Source of the DNA: Okamejei kenojei
Lineage: Eukaryota
Direction: 5' to 3'
DNA length: 64,000 bases
Assembly (NCBI GenBank): GCA_035221665.1
Contig: JAVHYY010000112.1
Span: 620,001 to 684,000 of the forward strand
Shown: positions 26,542 through 36,679 of the stretch, piece after piece
Layout: every line of letters begins with the position of its first letter
Numbering within the stretch: the first letter of the stretch is position 1
Translations under genes and position numbers: made by a program
Notes under the pieces: model-generated
What the model saw: the letters and a program-made list of their open reading frames with translations, nothing else
Database searches by the model: none
What the model was told of the DNA's origin: nothing

Positions 26542-28023
26542 ATGGAGAAATCGGGAAGGAAGGCTTCGCGGGTGAAAAGAGCCTCCCGGGGTGAGAGTAA
26601 AGATACGGGAAGCGAAGCTAGAGTGGACCCGGTTCCGATACCGTTGGCCACTGATTTACCCGATATAGAATTTCCAGATTCTCCAGAAATTATAACCACG
26701 GAGGAAAGTGTTCCTAAGAAATGCAAAAAGAAAACTGTGAGGCCCGTGGATTCTGATGATTCTGATTTTGAAAGACCTCCAGTTAATAAAACTATGTGGC
26801 TAAAAATGGAGCATATGGAGAAAGTTCTCCAAACTATTATGAGACAAGGGTCACAGTACCCTCATGAATCCCAGAAAATCCCTGAGGGGTTTCAATATGA
26901 TGAATATGGCTGTGGGCCAAGTTGGGAATATGATACTCCAGACCCACGATTTGGGCTGGAAGAAGTCTCATGGGATAATATCCCGATGGAATTAGGGCTG
27001 CAGAAGGCAGACCCTGCTGAATTTGAAATGGTTTTTGAAAGCACGCCACAAAGTAAAAAGAAAAGGCTTGATCTGCCTGGGATAGCACAAAGTTTTGCTA
27101 TACCTGAAGGAAGTGGTGAGGATATGGAAGAAAGCCTGGCTGCCAATATAAATTATATGGTATCTCACCAGCTTCATAGTACTGTGATGAATGAATTATC
27201 AGAATTATATAAAGCACCAGGCAATTGTGCCTCATTGGAAGTGCCTACGGTGAATCCGATGGTATGGGCATCTATGACTCCAAGTATGAGAGCCCAAGAA
27301 ATGAAATTTCAAAAGGTGCTAAAATTATTTTCAGCTGCCATCACGGCGTTTGGCAGGCAAATGGAGAAACTGGAAATGGACAAGATTCAAAGAGATACTT
27401 TGGGTTTAATGTGCAATTCGTTTTATGAGATCAATTGCATGAGGAAAATGGCGATTCGGCCCATATTTCACCCTAGATTTGCAAGCCTGTGTCAAGAAAG
27501 TGGAGTTCAAGCTCCTGGATATTTGTTTGGAGAAAATCTGCCGAAACAACTGAAGCAGTTGGATGAAGAAGCTAAATATTTTAGCACTATTAAGCCTTTT
27601 GTCTTTGGACAAAGGAAAGGGTTTTCGGCCCGAAGGAGTTTTGATTTTCGTTATAGAGGCAGAAATTTGTCACGAAGGTATTATCGTGCTACACAGGCCG
27701 CTGCTTCCCTGCATTCGGGAAAGAGGAGACCATCACGCTCCTATGGAGAGGTATTAAAGACTTCTATCCTTAAAGAAACTGTGGATGAATCTCCAGTTGG
27801 AGGGAGATTGCAAAAATTTTATAATGCCTGGCTTAATATTACTTCTGATCGGTTTATACTACAAGCAGTTTCAGGAGCTATTATTATTTTTAAAGAAGGG
27901 GTCAATCCTCCTGTACAGAATAAACCTGCTTATGCTTATGTGTTTTCTCCAGAAGAAAGAATGGAGATTGATGTGGAAATTGGCAAATTATCCGAAAAAG
28001 GAGTAATTGAAAAAAACTTATGA
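26542..28023 (+). CDS. DIRS gag-like ORF running in frame into the N-terminus of the RT polyprotein
   Basis: 493 aa; shares VPTVN..W, FYEIN..RK and LFG motifs with the other gag copies, then VGGRL...KGVIEK (pre-RT region). Confidence 0.8.
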   Translation: MEKSGRKASRVKRASRGESKDTGSEARVDPVPIPLATDLPDIEFPDSPEIITTEESVPKKCKKKTVRPVDSDDSDFERPPVNKTMWLKMEHMEKVLQTIMRQGSQYPHESQKIPEGFQYDEYGCGPSWEYDTPDPRFGLEEVSWDNIPMELGLQKADPAEFEMVFESTPQSKKKRLDLPGIAQSFAIPEGSGEDMEESLAANINYMVSHQLHSTVMNELSELYKAPGNCASLEVPTVNPMVWASMTPSMRAQEMKFQKVLKLFSAAITAFGRQMEKLEMDKIQRDTLGLMCNSFYEINCMRKMAIRPIFHPRFASLCQESGVQAPGYLFGENLPKQLKQLDEEAKYFSTIKPFVFGQRKGFSARRSFDFRYRGRNLSRRYYRATQAAASLHSGKRRPSRSYGEVLKTSILKETVDESPVGGRLQKFYNAWLNITSDRFILQAVSGAIIIFKEGVNPPVQNKPAYAYVFSPEERMEIDVEIGKLSEKGVIEKNL

Positions 28024-29674
28024 ACATAAGCATCAATTTGTCTCTAATATATTTCGCAGAGATAAGAAAGATGGTGGTTGTAGAATTATTCTAGACTTTA
28101 CAGATCTAAATAAGTTTGTAGAATACAAACGTTTTAAGATGGAGACATTTAAAACTGCAAAATATTTGATTTCAGCAGGTTCTTATATGGCTAAGATTGA
28201 TTTAAAAGACGCCTATTATTCTGTACCAATTCATCATCTTTTTCGAAGATACTTAAAGTTTTATTGGCAGGGGCAATTATGGCAGTTCAAAGCTTTACCA
28301 AATGGATTAAGTTCAGCTCCTAGACTCTTTACAAAACTGTTGAAACCAGTTTTAGCTCAATTAAGAGCACAGAAACACATTGTAATGGCTTATCTGGATG
28401 ACATTCTGATTATTAATGATAGTCAAGAGTCAGCTGAGCACTCAATTTCAGTTACTAAAGCTTTGTTTAAAGAGCTTGGATTCTTAATTCATCCAATTAA
28501 ATCCCAGCTGCAGCCAGTTCAATCAATTGATTTTCTGGGGTTTGTAATTAACTCAGTAACTATGTTAGTTACGTTGCCAGCAAAGAAGATAAATGATATT
28601 TTGCAAATGTGTAATTATCTCATTCACAAACCTTATCCCTCCATCCGAGAAGTGGCAAAAGTCATTGGTACATTAGTGGCAGCTTTTCCGGCAGTAGAGT
28701 TTGGGCCATTACATTATCAAAATCTTCAAAGGGACAAAGTAAGGGCTCTTAAAGATAAGGCAGGTCACTTTGACAGACCTATGCAATTAACAAAGGAAGC
28801 ACTATTGGAATTGCAATGGTGGGTTGAAAATGTCCCACAAGCTGCTAAAAAGATCATGATTAAACAGCCTGAAATGGTTTTGCAAACAGATGCTAGTGCT
28901 CTCGGATGGGGGGCCACAGATTTATCTACCAGTTGTGGAGGTAGATGGAAAACTGAAGAGCAAGTGTTGCTCCAACAGTATGGTATTAACTATTTGGAGT
29001 TATTGGGGGCCTTTTATGGGCTTAAAGCATATTGTTCTGCTAAACAATGTCTGCATGTATTAATACAATTAGACAATAAAACGGCTGTGGTTTACATTAA
29101 TCACATGGGGGGAGTTAGATCAGTATCATGTGATTGTCTGGTCAATGAGATATGGCAATGGTGTATTGATCGGCAGATATGGATTTCAGCAAGCTATATT
29201 CCAGGTAAAGACAATGTGGTAGCAGATGGAAGGTCCAGGATTTTTAAAGATAATACGGAATGGATGCTTAAGCCAGCAATATTTGAGAATATTGTTAAAC
29301 AATTTGGCTTGCCAGAAATTGATTTGTTTGCATCCAGGCTTAATCATCAATTGCCTCATTATGTGTCTTGGGAACATGATCCGGACGCAGTTGCAGTAGA
29401 TGCATTTTCATTACACTGGGGAAAAATGTTCTTTTATGCTTTTCCACCATTTGCTCTGATCCAGAGATGTTTGAAGAAAATAGAGCAAGATTCAGCTTCC
29501 GGATTGTTGGTAGTGCCAAATTGGCCAACTCAACCTTGGTTCCCAGTTATGCTAAATATGATTAAAGAACCATATATGCAGATTCCTAACTGTAGTGATA
29601 TCTTGACTAATCCAGTAACAAATCAAGGTTACCCATTATATGCATATATGAATTTGTTAATCTGCAGGTTTTGA
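28007..29674 (+). CDS. DIRS reverse transcriptase - RNase H - adenine methyltransferase-like ORF
   Basis: IDLKDAY, LPNGLSSAP and YLDD (RT); TDAS, INYLEL, DN and NVVAD (RNase H); IDLFAS and YAFPPF (MTase-like). Confidence 0.92.
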   Translation: MKKTYEHKHQFVSNIFRRDKKDGGCRIILDFTDLNKFVEYKRFKMETFKTAKYLISAGSYMAKIDLKDAYYSVPIHHLFRRYLKFYWQGQLWQFKALPNGLSSAPRLFTKLLKPVLAQLRAQKHIVMAYLDDILIINDSQESAEHSISVTKALFKELGFLIHPIKSQLQPVQSIDFLGFVINSVTMLVTLPAKKINDILQMCNYLIHKPYPSIREVAKVIGTLVAAFPAVEFGPLHYQNLQRDKVRALKDKAGHFDRPMQLTKEALLELQWWVENVPQAAKKIMIKQPEMVLQTDASALGWGATDLSTSCGGRWKTEEQVLLQQYGINYLELLGAFYGLKAYCSAKQCLHVLIQLDNKTAVVYINHMGGVRSVSCDCLVNEIWQWCIDRQIWISASYIPGKDNVVADGRSRIFKDNTEWMLKPAIFENIVKQFGLPEIDLFASRLNHQLPHYVSWEHDPDAVAVDAFSLHWGKMFFYAFPPFALIQRCLKKIEQDSASGLLVVPNWPTQPWFPVMLNMIKEPYMQIPNCSDILTNPVTNQGYPLYAYMNLLICRF

Positions 29675-30642
29675 CCAGACCACTACAGGAACTGGGATTG
29701 TCGGACCAAACTTTGACAGTTATTGGTGCATCATGGCGACATAGTACACAGAAACAATATATGACACATATTAAGAAATGGGAAGAATTTTGCACACAGT
29801 CAAATATTTCTGATGAATCTGTGAATGTTACTCATGTTTTGGAATTCCTTGCCAATTTGCACTTTGGGCAACATTTAAGTTACAGTGCCATTAACACTGC
29901 ACGTTGTGCCTTGTCGTCCTATTTAGGACTTATGATTGGTGAGAAGTCAATTGGGTCGCATCCATTAATATCACGATTCATGAAAGGAATTTTTCACATG
30001 AATCCGCCAAAACCTAGATATACAGAGATTTGGGATGTGAGCATAGTTCTTGCTCTACTTAGAGAATGGACGCCAATTGAAGGGTTGACATTGGATAGGT
30101 TAACATTGAAATTGGTCATGTTAATGGCACTGGTTTCAGCCCAAAGAGTGCAAACTTTACAAATGTTGCGTTTAGACTGTATGCATGTGACTACAGATAA
30201 CGTTGTATTCTATGTTTACGATCTGATCAAACAAAGTAGACCAGGCAGATCTGGAACAAAGGTAACCTTTCAAGCTTTTCATGTTGAGCCTGCTTTGTGT
30301 GTGGTTAGACATTTGAACCAATATATTAAAATTACGGACACTTTTCGAGGAAACGAAAAGACATTGCTGCTTACGCACAAAAAGCCACACACAAAAGCTT
30401 CAGTTCAAACTATCTCAAAATGGTTGAAACAGGTGTTGGTTTTAGCGGGAGTAGACACTGATGTCTTCAAATCTCACTCCACCAGGGCGGCAGCTACGTC
30501 CGCGGCGAAGGGGCGGGACGTACCTCTCGAGCATATTTTAAAAATCGCAGGGTGGAGTAAAGAAGAAACTTTTTCAAAGTTCTACAACAAACCTGTTCAC
30601 ACTATGACAAGCTTTGGACACGCGGTGTTGGGAGCACTATAA
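29671..30642 (+). CDS. DIRS tyrosine recombinase
   Basis: SAQR..., HSTR and GW...TFSKFY catalytic motifs; open 323-aa frame starting at TTG. Confidence 0.92.
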   Translation: MTRPLQELGLSDQTLTVIGASWRHSTQKQYMTHIKKWEEFCTQSNISDESVNVTHVLEFLANLHFGQHLSYSAINTARCALSSYLGLMIGEKSIGSHPLISRFMKGIFHMNPPKPRYTEIWDVSIVLALLREWTPIEGLTLDRLTLKLVMLMALVSAQRVQTLQMLRLDCMHVTTDNVVFYVYDLIKQSRPGRSGTKVTFQAFHVEPALCVVRHLNQYIKITDTFRGNEKTLLLTHKKPHTKASVQTISKWLKQVLVLAGVDTDVFKSHSTRAAATSAAKGRDVPLEHILKIAGWSKEETFSKFYNKPVHTMTSFGHAVLGAL

Positions 30643-31364
30643 TCACCTGCTTTGTTTGCTATTAATTGCTATAATCAGTTGTGTAGTCACTGATATCTTT
30701 TGTCACTTGTAATCAATTTTCCCTCAAATATAAGGAGGGTATTATATGGTCTTTCAACCATTAAAAAATTTTAATTGTGAAAAAGATCTAACTTTTGTCT
30801 GCTTTCCCATGTATGTGTTTACTTAGCCGGAATGTCGTACGGATTAATTCTACGACATAAAAAACACAGAAAGCTTTAAAAACTCTTCACGTAGTCACTC
30901 ACGTGACTCCGAAGTAAAATAGTAAGATTAAACGAGAACTCACCTGTTCGAAGTTTTATCGTTATTTTACGAGGAGTTACGATGAGGGATTACGTGCCCT
31001 CCGCTCCCACCCTCGTAAAATAAATGATCAAATGGTGGTTCTAAGTCTTTTTATGAGCCTTACTATGTTACTCCGGCTTTGGTGTTCTGTGTTTTTTCAT
31101 GCCGTTGCTTTGAAGTATGCCGTTACCAGCGTGAGGCGGGTTCTTCACGTAATCCCTCATCGTAACTCCTCGTAAAATAACGATCAAACTTCGAACAGGT
31201 GAGTTCTCGTTTAATCTTAAGATTTTAGCTACTGAATCAAGCCATTTGGGCTAAGGAGGCTGCTGCATTCAATGACACACATGAGTTGGAAGAGGGACAA
31301 TGGTCTTCCTTGCGATTATCCCTACTAAATGGAGAGAAACATGGTTCTCAATTTTCCCCATCAC

Positions 31365-31615
31365 ACATAGAAACATAGAAACATAGAACATAGGTGCTGG
31401 AGTAGGCCATTCGGCCCTTCGAGCCTGCACTGCCATTCTATATGATCATGGCTGATCATCCAACTCAGCATCCCGTACCTGCCTTCTCACCATAATTTCT
31501 GATCCCTTTAGCCACATGGGCCAGTTATCACTCCCTCTTAAATGCAGCCAATGAACTGGCCTCAACTACCTTCTGTGGCAGAGAATTCCACAGATTCACC
31601 ACTCCCTGTGTGAAA
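31365..31615 (-). mobile_element. CR1 3' end fragment
   Basis: (CATAGAAA)n tail plus the CR1 3' UTR. Confidence 0.8.
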
Positions 31616-31733
31616 ACACAGAATAATCCGCTCAGATTTACATTTAACGGAATCCGCGACTAAACATGTCCCTGTGATGGAATGCGGCATGATAATATTG
31701 GAAGAGTTGACATATGGAGGGAGACCAGGAGGA

Positions 31734-34700
31734 TTTTTTTTTGTTTAATATTTTTATTAGAAGCTTTGCATATTATCTAATGTACAACAGCACTTCAAAT
31801 ACAAATCAGACTTATCACAAACGCTGTACAGCTATTACGGGATAATTCATATATGCTACTGTTTTTGATTTTTTTTTTGGGAAGGTAAGGGAGTGAAAAA
31901 AAAGTGAAAGTATAAATCAATAATCAAGACGTTGTGATTGAATAATTATGATTATATAATAAAAAAAATAATAAAAAAGATATAATCAAGACCTTGTGAT
32001 TAAATAATAATGTTAAATAATAATGATTATATAATAAAAACATAAAAAGTGAAAAAGAAACGATCAACAAGAAAAATAAAAAATAAAACAAAAACAATTA
32101 TTATATAATTAAACATTAAATAAAATAATCTTTACATTGAATGGAACAGTTTCATATGACAATATCTCTTGAGACATGTATACAGATCGCAATACTTTTT
32201 TCATCTAATCCTACACCAGGGTACTTATTGAGTTACGGTGCTGAGCTCAGCTACCCCTTTAAGTAATCAATGAATGGAGTTCGTATTTGTTCAAAAAGTT
32301 CATATTTGTCCATTAGGACAAACCTAATTCTCTCCAAATGCAACGTCTCCGACATTTCCACAATCCACATTTTGATTGTGCGGGATAATGTTTTCTTCCA
32401 GAATTTTAATATTATTTTTTTTCCAATTATCAAACAGTAATCAATAATTTTTTTTGACTTACTGTTAATATTAAGCTTGAGTCAGGGACTCCTAATATTA
32501 TTAACTTTAGATCAGGGTCCAATTTAGCTTTAAGAACCTCAGAGATGATTCCAAAAATATCAGCCCAATAACTATTAAGTTTTATGCATGTTACAAAACG
32601 GTGCGTTAAGTTGGCTTCTAAATTCTGACATTTATCACAAATAGAAGAAATGTTAGGAAAAAATCTATTTAATTTTGTTTTAGTGTAGTGTAATCCATGT
32701 ATTACTTTAACTTGTACCAAAGTATGTCTGACATTTAATGAGCATCGGTGTGTACGTTGTAAACTTTCTTCCCAAGTGTCTTTGATTATAGATAGACCTA
32801 TTTAATGTTCCCATATCTGTCGGTATGATTCTGTTGTTGGGACTTCCCTATCCAAATGAGTATTATATATGCACGCTATTAATTTTTCTGTATTTTGGGT
32901 GCTTGTTAAGCCACTCATCCAATAATCCTGGCTCTCTATTCTTATAGTCTTGCATGTTTGACGTGATATAGTCTCTAATTTGTAAAGACCTGAACAAGTT
33001 ATTTTGGTGTAATCCATAGATATCTTTTAATTATTAAAATTATATAAATTTTCCTTTCCTGTAAAGATGTTCTATCCTTATAATACCTATTTTTTTCCAA
33101 TGTCTAAACCCCCTATCCAATATAGAAGGTTTAAATAAAGGATTATTCATAATTGTTAAAAAGAGTGACATATTGTCCAGATATAAAGACTTAACTATTT
33201 GTTTCCAAGTAAGTATATTGCTATAAATTATAGGGTTATCCCGGTAAGTTTTTTTTTGTACTTCACTTGGAACAAGAAGAATCGAATTTATATCAAATGG
33301 TAAACAGTATTCCATTTCCATCTTTAGCCAAGCTGGTTCCTGGTCCATTCTAACTAGCCAAAAATTCCTATTCTTAATCTGAACCGCCCAAAAATAATAT
33401 AAAAAATTAGGTAACGCTAATCCTCCATTTATCTTGGATTTACATAAATGGTTTTTACTTATTCTGTGATATTTATAATCCCAAATAAACCTGTTAATAA
33501 TAGAATGGATTTTTTTGAAAATGTTAATAAGTTAGGAATACTGATCTCCGGTTTTGTGATATATATATTAAAACATCGTCTGCATATCAAGATATTTTAT
33601 TCGTTGTGGTATTAGTATTGTATCCATATATTTCTGGATCTGATCTAATCCTTTCGGCTAATGGCCAGATTGCGAGAGCAAATAATAAAGGTGATAACGG
33701 GCATCCTTGTCCACAACCCCTAGAAAGATTAAGTTTGTTTGATAACATTTGGTTTGTTAATACTTTTGTTGTAGGGTTGGAGTACAACATTTCAACCCAT
33801 TTACAAAATCTATCGCCCAGTTGAAATTTCTGCATTATCTTATTTATTATCTTAAATAAGTAAGGCCATTCAACCTGGTCGATTGCTTTTTCTGCATCTA
33901 GTGAAATGACAGCTAATTCAATATCATTAACTCTTTGAATAGTCGTCTCAAGTTATAAGTGGAGTTGCGTTTGGGAATAAAGCCTGTTTGAAAATGATGT
34001 ATTAGCTTATTAATCACTAAGCTTAACCTTTGGGATAATTTTTTAGTTAATATTTTTGATCAGTATTTAGAAGAGCAATTGCTCTATATGATCCAGGATC
34101 TTCCAGATCCTTATCTACTTTAGGAATGAGTATGATTACAGATTCATTTAGAGTTTCTGGTAACTTTCCTTGTTCGAAAGCATATTTATATATCGCTTGT
34201 AAACGTGGGCAAATCAAGTCGTGAAACTTCTTATAAAATTCAGCACTTACGCCGTCAGGGCCAGTGGCTTTTCCATTTTTCAACGATCTGATTGATTCCT
34301 CAATGTCTTTTACTGATATTTCAGCATCTAACATGTCTTTGCCTTCCTGATCTAAACCTTTGATATGACATTCATGTAAGAATGCTTCCATTCCGTCCGA
34401 TTGCTCCACCAGTTTGGTTGAATAAAGTTTTTGATAGTAATGCAGAAATCTGTCATTAATATATTTTGGCAAAGTTAATATTTCACCTTGTTTTGATCTG
34501 ATTTTATATCATTTTTTCCTCATCTGATTTTCTAAGCTGCCGTGACAATATTTTTTGTGGTTTGTCACCAAATTCAAAATGTACTTGTTTAGTCTGTTGA
34601 AAAAGTTTTATAACATGATTTGAGTATATTTTATTTAGCTTATATTTTAATATTGCAATTTTATTATGTATCACCTTAGATGGAGATATTGCATTTTCAT

Positions 34701-35190
34701 TATCTAATTGCTTTATTTCATTTTCTAAAGTTTGTTGCATCTTTCGGTTTTCCTTATTAAGGTATGCTTGTGCAGATATTATAGCACCACGTATAAATGC
34801 TTTAAATCTATCCCAAAGTAGTGACGCTGAAATTCCGGGTTTGTCATTAGTCTCAAAAAACAATTTAATCTGTTTTACCAGATAATCATAACAAGACTTT
34901 TCATTTAAAATTTGAGGGTTAAGTCTCCATTGTGATTGTTTATTGGTTATACCGTTTAATTTTTATCTTAAATGTTAATGGAGCGTGATCCGAAATAATA
35001 ATATTATGATATTTTGAGTCATACATAAATGGAAATAATTTTGAGTCTATTAATAAATAATCTATCCTTGAATAGGTTCCGAATACAGGTGAGTAAAATG
35101 AGTATTCCCGACCAGAAGGGTTATCAATTCTCCAAACATCCTTAACATTTGCAGTATTAATAAAGGACCTGGAGGATTGTATTATCACTT
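31734..35190 (-). mobile_element. L1-clade LINE, 5'-truncated, degenerate ORF2
   Basis: YSRIDYLL and IISDHAPL (EN); GPDG and YRAIALLNTD; RGCGQGCPLSPLLF (RT); C-terminal CxxC...H..C; poly(A) signal and tail near 31734-31760. Confidence 0.88.
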
Positions 35191-36679
35191 AATTTATTGG
35201 CCATTGGTGAACGACTAAGTGCTCGAGCAAAGATTTATTATAGAGCAAGTTATCTTCATTTAATTCATAATTGACAGAATATTTTATTTTCTTCACAGAT
35301 TGTGAGGGAAGACGAGAAATAGGTAGATACAAAGTTGACCCTCCACCCAGCCCCAATATTGTAGTATGCGGCTTACTACCTCTTCGGTGTAAATGACAGC
35401 TGGCAGTATCTCTGCAGGAAAACAATGGATGGCGTTTCTGGTTAGGATCTTTCTTCCGTTTGGAAATAGGGCGAGGCCCCTGGATGCAAGATTAGGCCAG
35501 TACGAGGCAGGAAGTAAACACTTGTCTAAGAAAGCAATTAGCACATAATCGGCCGTTGTTGGCTGGGGAACAAGTGATAACAAACAACTATAAAATGCGA
35601 GCAGTACAACTAGTATGATGACGTGGCTGGGGGAGAGGGTGAGAGACAGGGAGACATGCGACATCGAGGTGCTGTTCCTCCATTTTTTTTGGGTGGCCTC
35701 GCTGTTACAGTTTAGGAGAACAACGACAGGATGCTTTATATGGGAATGGGAAGAGGTGTTAAAATGTTTACCTTCCAGGAGAACGTAAAGGCAAATGCGG
35801 AAAATTATGTGTTACCGTACATAGGATTATAGAATCACAGATTAATAGAGTGATACCGTGTATACCTGGACCTTCCGCCCATCTTGCCTCACCGGCCAAC
35901 TATATCTCAGCTACACAAGTCCCACTTGCCTGCGATTGGTCCATATCCTTCCAAAACTCTCCTATCCATGTACCTGTCTCACTGTTTCTTTAACGATGGG
36001 ATAGTCCCAGCCTCGACTACCTCATTTGGCAGCTTGTTCCATACACCCACTACCCTTTGTGTGAAAATGTTTCCCTACTGATTCCTATTGAATATGTTTC
36101 CCTTCTCATTGAACCTATGTCCTCTGGTAGTCGATTCCCTGGGCAAAAGCTCTGTGCATCTACATGATCTATTATTCTCATGATTTTGTATTTCTGGCAC
36201 ATCTCACCGATAGCTTTACTTTCGATAGACGTTTTCCGCATAGAGAAGGTATTTTAAACACGGTATCTGTTTGGAACTTTACACGATCTAGATCATCCGC
36301 TGCTAAAACAGCAGATTCTCTTTTAACGGAAAACCTCTTCAATGAGCAAAGAAACGTTTTTTTCAACGTTGAAAGGAAATCATATATACAACACGTTGCA
36401 CGTATTTAACTGAAACTATTCACTCGTTTTGAAAACAAGATATTCCAGGAATATGAATATATTTTCGTGAAAAAACAGAAATTCATTCATTGAACTGAGC
36501 ACATGAGAATACGTACAAGAGGTGAGACTCCATTGAGCCCATGAACCTACTAAGCTGTTGGGCGTGCCCGACAGGGCGAATGGACATAAAATGTCAAGAC
36601 ATGAAATACTGTCTTTTCACATAAACCCTTCATCAAAGCAACGCATGAAGCCAGCTGGTCACTCGTTGTTGTTACATTA

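Larger units (their letters stand above)
26303..31219 (+). mobile_element. Near-intact DIRS1-like tyrosine-recombinase retrotransposon
   Basis: Inverted terminal repeats 26316-26350 / 31117-31151, an internal complementary region at about 30884-30995 complementary to both termini, and three long ORFs. Confidence 0.95.

Noticed and set aside
28011-28017. A_AAA_AAC slippery heptamer suggesting a programmed -1 frameshift
   Set aside because: The RT ORF is in the +1 frame, not -1, and other copies read through this point in frame. A single-base insertion or sequencing error explains it.
29250-29560. Adenine methyltransferase-like domain and integrase as bacterial/phage contamination or a defence system
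   Set aside because: Both are established components of DIRS1-like retrotransposons, and the context is vertebrate.
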